The position numbers and the translations under genes are program-made. Positions 49,959-61,059 of a stretch of 64,000 nt of DNA are shown here, in pieces. Position 1 is the first letter of the stretch. Each line of letters begins with the position of its first letter. This stretch comes from Rhizodiscina lignyota (lineage: Eukaryota). Below the pieces are notes generated by a model. It worked only from the letters and a program-made list of their open reading frames with translations. It searched no databases and was not told the origin of the DNA. The DNA is taken from the NCBI GenBank assembly GCA_010015805.1, contig ML978132.1, positions 372,001 to 436,000 on the forward strand, given 5' to 3'.

Positions 49959-50298
49959 CATTTCTGCAACACTTCCGTCGAGCTTGCAGTTTCACAATAA
50001 TTGCGACTCATGAGATGCATTTTGCTCTCAGATTGCTTGGGCATCTCATGCTCTGAAATTGCGATTAGATATTCAACCGTCTTATGGATAAGTATGCGGA
50101 GTTTGACGATCAAGGCTGGATGCCGGTATTCCGTGATGACTACCTGCGATAGCCGCATCTCACCCACCCCACGCCCTCGGCGAAGTTCCTGATATATCAT
50201 CTTGCTGAGGAACTTCGTTTTTTGCTTCCGCGGAATATCCTTTATAAATTGGACAATTTCAAGCTTCATCTCAATCCTTACAACTCACAATCGACACA

Positions 50299-50885
50299 AT
50301 GGCTCCCACAAAAGAGGTCGTTGAAACGGATAAAGTTACACTCCCCCTTAACCCCTCGCCCTTTTGCCTCGCAGTGAAATGCAATGGCATGGTGTACTGC
50401 TCCGGCAGCGTTGGGATCGATCCGAAGACGAACAAGCTAGTCGATGGCGATATTAAGGAGAGGACTGTAAGATTCATCTTCCGCTTCCATGAGAAATCTT
50501 CGATTCAAGCCTGCCATTCGATATCACATCTTCTTGAATGGACTGAACACTGACATATTTTTCAGCGAGCGACTCTAAACAACCTCAAGAACGTCCTCGA
50601 GGCCGCTGGCAGTTCGCTGAACAACATTGTCAAAATGAACATCTACCTCACGGACATGAAGAACTTTGCGCCAATGAACCAGGCCTACCTCGAGTACTTC
50701 CCCGACTACAAGCCGGTATGTCCAGTCCTCCTTGACTCTTGCTTAGTATTGAAATGCTTGCGTGGCGAGGGTTTCCAGAGCTGTGGGGTCATGCTAACAT
50801 GAATTCTCAGGCGCGAACCTGCGTTGCTGTATATCAGCTACCGCTTAATGCGGATGTTGAGATGGAATGTACTGCGCACCAGTAG
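50299..50885 (+). CDS. RidA/YjgF/YER057c/UK114 family protein
   Basis: VYCSGSVGIDP, NLKNVLEAAGSSL..IVKMNIYLTDM..F..MN, P|ARTCVAVYQLPLNADVEMEC. Introns 50467-50565 and 50716-50810. Confidence 0.92.
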
Positions 50886-51393
50886 GTAGGCACCTTCACT
50901 TTGCGTTCACAGCAACGGGAAGGCCATACTGAAAGTGTTGGTAGGGGTGATGGTCCCGCGAGCAAAATCTGAGCGTTGGAAGGTCCCCCGGGCTCGCTAG
51001 TAGGAGAGCCAGAGATAGGCTAAATGGTTCCCGTATCAGCTAGAGGAGAGCAAGATATAGAAAGAAAAATGTATGACATTGACGCAGATGTACCATTTCG
51101 AGTCATTCCGGACCTGTTCGCTCTCAAATTTGGACAATCCGCGCCAGCGATGCTGCATCCGTATTTCATAAGCACCGTGGTATTCGCTACGAAGGATAAA
51201 TGAAGTGAAGTATGTACAAGCCAAGGTTCATCATCCTAGTAGTGACCTGGAACCATCTAAACGAATGCCCCGACAACATCCTCCGTCGGGTTTGCTATTT
51301 ACAGATTTGCTGTCCCAGCGCCGCGCTATGGGGACACTAATGCGCTCCATTAGAGTCTCCGCCTCCGGCCGATATTGTACCGGATCGTACAGT

Positions 51394-53287
51394 CTAGACC
51401 TGCTGATACTTCTCCATATCCGGAGCGACCTGCTCCTCGTGGCCCACACTCCTCTTGCGCTCCTGCATATCTGCATAATCCGCAAGCGACATCTTGCGGC
51501 CCGCATCGCCCGACTGCTCCACCTCTGTAAACCGCAAGGCAGGGCGGAAGCTGTTAGACTGCCATGCCTTGCCGACAATCTCGTACAGCTCGTCCACTTG
51601 CTCGAGTGTGAGGCCCTTCGTCTCGTAGATCATAAACCACACGAACCCAATACATACGAAGCAAAAACTACCCCATACGAAAAACACTTTACTCTGAAGA
51701 TTTGCGTTGCCAGGGCCGGAGTTGACCATATATGGTGTAGCGTAGGCAATGGCCCAATTGAGCAGCCAGTTGGAGGCGGTGGTCATCGACAGACACTTCG
51801 CGCGCACCTTGAGCGGGTAGAGCTCGCCGGTGACGACCCATGCGCATGGACCCCATGAAGAGGCGAAGAAGAAGATGTAGATACACACGAATGCGATGGC
51901 TGCCTGCTGGGAAGCGTGCTGTGGGGAGCCGTGTTGTTCTGCAGCCGTGCCGACGGAACCAACAATGAATTGGCAAATGCACATGCCGATGGCTCCCATG
52001 AGGAGGAGGTTGCGACGACCGAGAGTCTCGACCATGTACAGACCCTGTGGAGGAGATGTTAGCTTTTCGCACTTAATGTGATGGTGGCAGCTTTAGACAC
52101 ATACAGGGAAGGTAGATCCGACGTTCACAGCGTTGGTGATGCACTGAATGGTGAAGGGGTTCTGGAAGCCAGCGCGCAAGAAGTATTGTGTGCCATAGTA
52201 GAAGATGAAGTTGACGCCGGTGAGCTGCTGCAGAGCTTGAAGACAGCATCCTGTGATGAGCCTCTTGCGAACGGTGCCTTTGAAGCAATCGAGATAGGTG
52301 GCCTTGCCGAGACTCATCTCATATCGATGGTTTGCCTCGATTTCTGCAAGCTCCTCGAGAATCCCCGGGTGGTCTGGTGGTACGCGACGGAGCTTGCTGA
52401 GAGCCTTCGCGGCCTTATCATGATTATCTCTCTTGATCAGATAGCGAGGTGTCTCGGGCAGAATAATTAGACTGGACAAGTTAATAGGTATTTCCTCGAA
52501 TTAGTTTCAGAGAATTTACCCCGACACTAGAATGATAGACCAAGCAAACTGAATTGCGATGGGAATGCGATATGCACCAGTGTCCTGTCTGTCCTTCGTG
52601 CCGTTGTTTACAATTGACGCAAGGAAGAGACCAATGGTGATCGCAAGCTGGTATGCTCCAACGATGGTGCCGCGGATCCACTTCGGTGCGGTTTCTGATT
52701 GATAGAGTGGAACTGCGTTTGGTCAGTACGCAAGGAGACTTCCGGAAATCGCTCGACTCACTTTGCGCAGATACGAGACCAACACCAAGGCCGGCAAAGA
52801 AACGTCCAGCAATAAAAATTGGTCGATCAGTCGCTGCAGTCTGAAGAATGACACCAAGATTGAAAACGATGCCAGCACCAACCATGAGACCTAAACGACG
52901 GCCAATCCAGTCCGACAGCGGAGCAGCAAAGAGAGCGCCGAAGAATGTGCCTTTGGTTACATTAGAATCCCCTTGGCCTAGACACCCTGGGAAGCGGTTG
53001 TCGTACCTGCAGACAAAATGGACACAATGAGAGAGTCTTGGCTCGCAGTAAGAGCCGCCCCATCATCGGTAAAGAGTTTAAGCCAGTATGGCATAGCAAG
53101 GATGCCAGAGATGGTTCCGGTATCATAGCCAAAGAGCACACCACCAAAGGCGACGAACAATCCAATAGCAATGGCGGGCCTAGCAAAATCGTCAGCCCAA
53201 CTCACACATGAGAACTAGCAAAGCTATGTCATACCATGACTTGCCCGTCTCGCCTTCGGGCTTCTTCAGCGTGAAATTGTAAGGCAT
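51394..53287 (-). CDS. MFS high-affinity glucose transporter (sugar porter family, RCO-3/SNF3-like)
   Basis: FVAFGGVLFGYDTGTISGI, PLYQSETAPKWIRG, LPETPRY, QQLTGVNFIFYYG, WGPCAWVVTGE, YETKGLTLE. Multi-exon. Confidence 0.92.
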
Positions 53288-55327
53288 GATGTCGGATGTC
53301 TAGTTGAATCCGAATGTGTAAAAGGACGCGATCAGCACGAGAGACTCTCACAACGTTGTGGTAAGCCCGAGCCGTAGAGCTGGCTGCGATGATTCCCAGC
53401 GCAAAGGTGCCGCCCACCAACTTTATACCTCACAATGATCATCACATTGCACAACAGCTCAAGGTTGTATGGTCCCCCAAACCCCGACCCCGGACTCGGG
53501 TCCCAGTAATTCCCCCTCCACAATTGTTGATCCAATGCCAGGAACTGATAGAAGCCATATGATGTAGACTAGCGTCTTAACAGCAGTCCGCTTGAGAGGG
53601 TGTCTAAGCATGCTACAGCAGGGACCGCGTAGAAAAGCCATATGAGGGACTAGGGTTTCCCCAGACGTTGATCTGTCGCCGTCCCGTGTTGCAGTCCGCC
53701 GGGGCCAATCATGATGCCTTACTACGCTGGACACGGAAAGTTGTGAAGCCACTACGTAGAGGCAAACGATCGAGAATCGAGTTAGAAAAGACGGCTGCGC
53801 TGGCCCTAAGATGCACCAATGTCGGCATGCATGCCTCACCCAAGACGCAAATGCCCTGAGAGATAATGACGCACTTCCGCGCGGGGAAGCCAACGCTTGG
53901 AGGCTTGACAATGACAAAATATGCTTGACAGGAATCGCGAGTAATGCCCATAAGATACGGAGAACAGCCAAGAGAAATTACGCAGACCAAGCGGAGCAGC
54001 TATGACGGGAATGTCCGTACGGAATCTCCAAGTTGAAACATGCCCTACCTGTCAAAGCAAGCAGGTAAGACAAACACCATGGAGCGAGCGCATGCCGCAA
54101 AACGAGCCCATTCTCTCTGTTAGCCCTACAGCAATAGTTCACTCAACAAGGAGCACGGGGCAGCCCGCATAAATGTGGGTTGATGGAGGCGTAGGAGACG
54201 AGGAATGCGCGAACTTGAGTGTGAGCGCTGTATGATGGATGCCGTGGCCTTGTTCGGGCTTCCCCAGACGTTGGATTTCCCCCGACAGCCCTGTTCGAGC
54301 GCTAGCTCGGATGAAAATGCGCGCTTGCTCTTCCGATCGAACGGGTCCTCCGCCGGCGGAAATGCTAATTCGCCCTCCCCGCCGATGCTTGTCTCATTGT
54401 GTGCAAGGACGGCTGGTCGACTTGCAAGTCGGTCCGATGCATGGTAAAGTGGAGGAGCTTCGGCAACTGTTCTGGAAGCATTCGAAATGAAGCCATAGAT
54501 GCTGTTGAGGCGAACTCTGAAGCCACATTCAGCTTGTCGGACCGTGGACGTTAGGTTGAAAGCCCCCTATCTACAAAAGCCACGAAGCCTCCCGGGCCGA
54601 CTTCTGGCGAACAGCGTCAGGTCTCTTGTCCACCGCCACCTCCACTTCTTCAAGCCCTTCCGGCCCTCCTGGAACCGTCGGCCTGCCGTCTCACTTCCTC
54701 TTGGAAAGCGCACTCTTCTTTGACTGGCTAGATTTGAGAAAGGCTGCATACACCCAATACGCAATGGCAAATGCAGTACTGCGTCACGAGACTTCAACGG
54801 AATCAAGATCTGCTGCTCACGCAAGATCCATGCCCAATTGCTAAGTAGTCGGTACGACTGCCTGCACCGAGAAGCAGGCAGCGGATCAGAAACCTGCCGT
54901 GCGATGCATTCCCGGTCCCTTAAGCTTTCTAACTCAATGCGACCAGACGGCCCTCGCTGCCGAATCACGATGAGGATAGGATGAATGAGATTGCCGAAAA
55001 GGACGAAAACTTCCACATTAATTGTTTCAGTCGTCGCAGTGTCGCAGTCAGTGCATGTAGGGAGCAGTTAAGGCTCTCAAGGGATCAATAGGCACTCTGC
55101 TACTCACCTGTTCAGATGAGTCCAATCATTTGGCTAGCTTGATCCCCAAGTCTGCCGAAGGTCCCTCCAAAAGAGTATCGGGGTTTGATCTGATCACAAA
55201 AACCAGCCCAAGTTGTTGGAGCATGGGGAAGAATCGTTTTGTAATGAACAATTATTTCAATTTATGAGCCCAAGGCAACCTTGCCGAAGTTGTGAATTAG
55301 ATGCCTGAGACTTTGATCGAGCTTGCG

Positions 55328-57331
55328 TTACTGCGCTGGACGGCGCTTCAAAGTCCTGGGATCGCGACCTTTTCTTCTAAGCTGCTTCTTCTTCGCCTGC
55401 TCAATGTACTTTTCATCTTCCTCCTCGTCCCATCCTCCAAAATCGTTTTTATCCTCTTCGTCGGTCGTTATCGGCGCATTGTCAACGATGTCCGCACCTC
55501 CGTTCACATGCTCAGACGTTGCTCCACTCGACCCATTTTTCAGAGCCGCATTTGTGGGTCCCATCTTCTTGAACTTCGCAACAAAGAAACCATCCACATT
55601 GTACGCATGGGGGTAATACCGCCTCGTTTCCTTCATGCTCGGATGGAATTTCTTGCTCATGTAATTTGTAAATCCTTCCTTTCCAAACACTAGTCCCGTG
55701 GATACCAATTTCACGTTCGGTCGCTTGTTGAGAGCGTATTGGACCACTTGCTCGTTCTCCTCTACCGTGACACTGCATGTTGAATACACAATGTATCCAC
55801 CTGTCTTGCTTGCATGGTCCACTGAATCTATCGCGGCGAGTAGGAGCTGCTTCTGCAGATGCGGCAAGCGCAAGAAGTCCTGCTCGGTCTTGTTCGTCTT
55901 GACTGATGCATCTTTCGCAATGACGCCGGTACCGGAACATGGCGCATCGAGCAGCACTCGATCAAATCCGCCGATTACTTTTGGAAATTCGAGAGCATTG
56001 TAATTGCAAACAATCGTGTTCTTCACGCCGAGGCGGTGGATGTTGCCTATCAGACCTTTCGTACGCGATTTGTTACTGTCGTTTGCGAAGACGCAGCCGG
56101 TATTCTTCATCAATGCAGAGATGTAAGTTGTTTTGCCACCTGGAGCTGCGGCCATATCCAGAATGCGCTCATGTTCTTGTGGTGCGAGCGCCATGACGGG
56201 AAGGAATGACGATGCCGCTTGAAGAATGTAATGGCCAGCGAGATATTCAGGAGTAGCACCGAGAGGCACTTGACTCTCGAAAACTTGCAATCCAACTTTG
56301 GACCACTTGCCAACAGGCTCCAGGGTAACTCCACGGTTGATGAGCGCTTGAGCAAGCTCCCTTCTGTGAGTGCGTAACGTATTAGTACGGATAACGACCG
56401 GCCGTGCCGTTTCGTTGGCTTCGAAGAACGCAAATGCTTCCCGTGGTGGGAACAACTCGAACAACTTCTCCGCCAGGAACGGGGAGTAACCATAATATGC
56501 ACAAATGTCTTTCAACAATTGAGCCGTATATTCCGCGCGTGACCGTCCGTCTTCTGCAAGCTTCGTAAAGTCGTCAAGAACGCGCACAGTGTCCGTAATT
56601 CTCGTCCGTAGTAATTGCAGGTCTGGCGCGAGCTTCAATGTTCCATCGGCCTCATCATCTTCGTCTTCATCGCCCAGGACTTTTGGCCTGTCTCCAGAAA
56701 TATTTGTCTGCATCGCCGCCTCTTCCAGCTCTGCTTGAGCTTCCGCCTCCTCCACGGCCTGCTGCATGTCCAGCTTCCTCGACAGTCCTTCAATATTCGC
56801 CGCCGTGAGCTTCTCCTCTGCGTTTTCCTCATCCTCATCTTCAGACCATATGCCCTTTTGAATCTCTGTGTCCGAATCCATCACGTCAGACCCGGACTGG
56901 AGGAATTCGTCATCGTCAAGGTCATCTCCGTCTTCCGATTCGCTTCCCAGCGCATCCAGGTTACCAACGCCCACACCATCAAGCTCATCTTCGAGGGCGT
57001 CTGGATCGTCGATGGCATCGCCGTCCGCTGAGGCTTCATCATCCTCTTCGTCTTCTTCATCGTCCACAGGAAGCGGCTTTCGCTGCACTGGTTTTACACC
57101 ATTTGCCCTTGCAGCCTTGCCCACAGGAGCCGTTTCCATTCCACTTTTGGATTGTTTCAGTGCACTCTTTTTCGGAAGCGGTGCCGCATCTTCCTTCGAC
57201 GCTCTTCGCTTCTTCGCTCTGAAGCCATTGGTATCTTTCTCAGGTAGAGCCGCCTTCCTCTTTCTTGTTACAAGCGACTCGTCGAGGGGAGGCGGCGGGC
57301 CCTGTTTCTTCATGCGGCGACCGACACCCAT
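55328..57331 (-). CDS. NOP2: 25S rRNA cytosine-C5 methyltransferase Nop2
   Basis: MGVGRRMKKQGPP start, DMAAAPGGKT, FDRVLLDAPCSGTG, YSTCS, DGFFVAK. Confidence 0.96.
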   Translation of the reverse strand: MGVGRRMKKQGPPPPLDESLVTRKRKAALPEKDTNGFRAKKRRASKEDAAPLPKKSALKQSKSGMETAPVGKAARANGVKPVQRKPLPVDDEEDEEDDEASADGDAIDDPDALEDELDGVGVGNLDALGSESEDGDDLDDDEFLQSGSDVMDSDTEIQKGIWSEDEDEENAEEKLTAANIEGLSRKLDMQQAVEEAEAQAELEEAAMQTNISGDRPKVLGDEDEDDEADGTLKLAPDLQLLRTRITDTVRVLDDFTKLAEDGRSRAEYTAQLLKDICAYYGYSPFLAEKLFELFPPREAFAFFEANETARPVVIRTNTLRTHRRELAQALINRGVTLEPVGKWSKVGLQVFESQVPLGATPEYLAGHYILQAASSFLPVMALAPQEHERILDMAAAPGGKTTYISALMKNTGCVFANDSNKSRTKGLIGNIHRLGVKNTIVCNYNALEFPKVIGGFDRVLLDAPCSGTGVIAKDASVKTNKTEQDFLRLPHLQKQLLLAAIDSVDHASKTGGYIVYSTCSVTVEENEQVVQYALNKRPNVKLVSTGLVFGKEGFTNYMSKKFHPSMKETRRYYPHAYNVDGFFVAKFKKMGPTNAALKNGSSGATSEHVNGGADIVDNAPITTDEEDKNDFGGWDEEEDEKYIEQAKKKQLRRKGRDPRTLKRRPAQ

Positions 57332-57505
57332 GTTGATTGGATTGGAAGGCTTATCACAATTGTTGAAAGCGGTTGCAATTGCAGCTCCGCAAAATTTCGA
57401 CTTGTGGTTACAGAAATTTTGACAGGGATGCGGTTGCAGGGGTTTGCCGAGATTTAAGCGGCGCTGTGCATGACTCGCAGTTTCCGTCAATTCGAACGCC
57501 ATCTG

Positions 57506-57735
57506 CTAAACACATTCTCTAACACACTCTCTAAACACACTCTCTAAACACATTCTCTAAACACACTCTTTAAACACACTCTCTAAAAACACTCTCTAAA
57601 CACATTCTCTAAACACACTCTTTAAATACACTCTCTAAATACACTCTCTAAACACACTCTCTAAACACACTCTCTAAACACACTCTCTAAACACACTCTC
57701 TAAACACACTCTCTAAACACACTCTCTAAACACAC
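57506..57735. repeat. 13-bp minisatellite (CTAAACACACTCT)n, about 17-18 copies
   Basis: Directly visible tandem array with a few C>T and indel variants. Confidence 0.95.
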
Positions 57736-57940
57736 GTCCGAATAGTGTTCAGCTTGTAGTACTTTCGACTCCAAGATCACAGATGTCCATCCCTAACAGG
57801 ATGATAGAGTGTTAGCCTCCTATACAATATTCTGTGTTCTTTCATATTATTTATGAAAATGCAGCCGCAATTTACAAACACTTATAATCAACTTCGGTTT
57901 CAAAGCTCTCAGTTTTACAGGCACTAACTTTGTAGAGATG

Positions 57941-60277
57941 CTATACGTTGTCTTCGCCGGTAACGGAGATATGGAAACTGTCAAGCAGTGATGAAAATGC
58001 CGATAGAAGCTCATCGCAAAAGTCTTCCCGCTTCAACAAATAAGTCTGAGCCTTGAAACCCAACTTATCAGAAACTTCTGGATCGAGGCCAGTCAGCTTG
58101 GCTTGCGCTAATGTTTCAATGCACCGTACGCTCCCATGCAGAGCCGCGAGATGTAAAACAGTCCGCCCAAGATTATTGAGTACGCGATGCTCTGCTCCAT
58201 GGTCCAATAACACCTGAAGGGCGTCGACACAATCACGCTGCACGGCGAAAGACAGCGGAGAAAGTCCACTCCTTAGGAAGATTTCTTTCTCGGCTCCAGC
58301 GTCGAGAAGTTTATCGAGGTTGGCCGAATCGTTGCGCTCCGTTGCCCAAAATACCGGACACCACCTGTTCCTGTCGCAATGATCGATGTCTGCTCCAGCA
58401 GTCAAAAGCAGAGAGCATGCGGCTGTTGAATCGCTTTGCGGCAGCTGCGACGCCCAATGAAGAGCAGTATTGCCGTGGTTGTCCGCAGCATCAATATTAA
58501 TGTGAGACTGCAACAATAGCGTTCTCATGCACTCAATGGAGCCACCTCTGGCTGCATAGTGCAAGGAGTTGCGACCCAGTTTGCAGGCAATAGTAGGATC
58601 GGCACCGAAGGTCAACAAGATACTCATTCGTTCGTTGTCACCGCGCAATGCTGCCCAAGCGACAGCGGTTTTGCCACTTCCGTCCTTCCGATCGATATCT
58701 TCGGCTGACGCATTCAGGAGAGATTCCAAGTCCATGCAGAGAATGTCAAGAACGACTTTGTGGATTAGTGAAAAGCCTTTGCTCTCAATGTACTCTTCAT
58801 CGTAGGTGAGCAAGTTTCGGAACTTATTCTCCGTATCACGACCCGAGAGAATCTTTTCCCAGACTTCGTCGATTGGTCGGCTGCCCACCATTCAGTAAAT
58901 GCTTCAGAATCTCCGAGAGTTATCAAAGTACTCACGTGGTCTCCTCCTCATCATACGGATCAGCACCCGAGACAAGGAGAAGTTGACAGATCTCGATTTG
59001 ATCGTAGCGAATTGCAAACTGGCAGGTTCACATCATGAGCATTCTCGAATGGAAGTGATTAACTTACAGTAAGCGGACTTGTCCCATTCATGATGGACTT
59101 ATCCTGGGGACTCGCAAGCCCTTTTTGGAACAGCGACACCATACTCGTGAACCTTCCATGGCACGCATAACGCAAGACCTCCGCACTTTCCGGAATCACG
59201 GGCGAAACGCTCAAGGATGCTGTGATACCAGAAGCCATCGAGCTGAGTTTGATGGCAATGACCTTTTCAATCAGCCACGATGGAAAATAGTACGTCAACA
59301 CGGCGCTTGCATCGGTACATCGACTGCACCGCTTGCTCTTGAAGAACTTAGCACTCGGAGAAAAGCCGACATAACTCAGAAACATGGCGCCGAAGAGGCC
59401 ATCGAGGGCACGAGCCGATAGCCTAAACTGGTGTCTGATATGGCATTTGCAACCGCAACCGGAGCGACAAGATCGCTTTGTGAGCTGAGGAACCTCTATT
59501 TTGACCATAGAAGACTTGTCGTTAATGATGACGCTATCCGTGCTCGACGTGTAGTCGTTGTCCGCTACTAATGTCGAAGTCATCGAGCTCATACTCTCAC
59601 TTTTCGTCCGTACCAAAGGAAGAAGTGGCTCGTTCCCAGTCTTGTCTACATTTTTATTAAACATGTCGGTCAAGGTGTCGTTCCATTGATCGAGATTGCT
59701 TGTCAAGGAGCTTCTCAGCTCTTTCAAATCTAAGGACATCATATTTGCGGTGATCAAAAGGTCGTCCAAAGTGGTTCGGCTTTGCGCAGAAATGGAGCTA
59801 AAAAGGTGTGAGCGATATTATATAATGCTTCACTACACATGTACAAGTTACTCACGCGTTGACCACCGACCAAGACGCTGTGATGTTGGCTCTACACTCC
59901 CGGACTTTGTTCATCAGGTCCTTAATAGTGGCCTTTTTCCGAACCCATGTCAATCTCTCGACCTTTGACCGGTCTGTGAGCCTAGTGGTCGAGGAAGCCT
60001 TGAGACAGCCTTGTAATACTTCATTCAAGGATTGTAAAGCTACCGTTGCCCGTGAAAGCAGTGCTTCCAACCTCTCCTCAGTATCTGATGAGATATTGAG
60101 TTGCTGCGACCGCAGCACATCAGACACGCCATTCAGAAGCGCCTGAAGATCGCTAAGCTCCTCGATGACTGACGCCACCTCATCCGCAGCTAAAAAAGCA
60201 CCTCTGGCCAACTTCACAGATGCAAGCACTGCTCCCGTCAAGGTGATTGCAGCGGTTGTAAGCGAGAGCGGGTCCAT
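57941..60277 (-). CDS. Ankyrin-repeat protein with N-terminal HeLo-like domain
   Basis: MDPLSLTTAAITL..EVASVIEELSDLQALL N-terminus, a CxCxCH..CxxC segment, several ANK repeats (GKTAVAWAA, GNTALHWAS, GRTVLHLAA). Introns 59798-59855, 59019-59067, 58881-58935. Confidence 0.82.
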
Positions 60278-61059
60278 CCCGTCGCATCGTCGAAGATTCC
60301 AAGTCGGTCCGAGATCTGCAAAGGTGGGTCTTCTGCCGATATTGTCTGATAATAACACCGGGCGTAGGTAGCAGGATCACGCACGGCGTTATTATTGTTT
60401 CATTAAATAGCATCCGTCACTGAAAGTCAGCCTCGTCTGTAGCCTCGTTGCCTTACGATCAGGCAAAGCCGGCGAGAGACTTTCCGCAGATTGGTCGAAA
60501 CCCAGGAGGGCTTTGCTGGGCATTGCACAGCTAGGCCATGCTGCCCAGTTACAAACAACGACGGATGCATCGATTAAATCCTACAGTGTTCCTTTCCCAG
60601 TCACCACGGGACCGCTTGGAAGCAAATGAGCAGGAGTATCCGTATTCTACTGAGACTCATCATAAAAAAAGGCTGACTGATTTCTCCATTATCACCACTC
60701 CTACCCTCACAGTATGTGGATTCTTCCATACAGTCAAAGTGAGTATTTCGCAATGAATCTCCCGGGGACTAATGTTATTTGACGTTATCAAGAATCAGTT
60801 ATTTGTTAAGCCATATCGTATAAGTATAGATATGTATGATGGGGGGTATAGAACTCTTCAACTCATTTTTGTCGCTGAGATCGCTAGCCTTGAAACAGTT
60901 TGCAAGCGCACTATTTGATTCTAGTGAAAGCTGCGAAAGAAATATTAATAGCGCACCAGATAGTTAGACATTCGTATTACGACAAAAATAGTCGAATGTC
61001 TGCATGAATCGTTCGATGTTCTAATATTCGCTCGATTCAAAGGCCTGTCTCAATGAGCA

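Noticed and set aside
45582..53287. EthD-like, methyltransferase, RidA and transporter genes as a secondary-metabolite cluster
   Set aside because: No backbone enzyme (PKS, NRPS, terpene synthase) or cluster regulator in the window.
53300..55300. ORFs in the 2-kb region upstream of the glucose transporter
   Set aside because: No motifs or codon bias; a long promoter is common for sugar transporter genes.
57332..57502. 57-aa N-terminal extension of the NOP2 ORF
   Set aside because: The recognisable Nop2 start MGVGRRMKKQ is at 57331; the extension looks like open promoter or leader sequence.
57506..57735. Possible CRISPR array or telomere repeat
   Set aside because: No spacers, eukaryotic context, and the unit is not TTAGGG-like.
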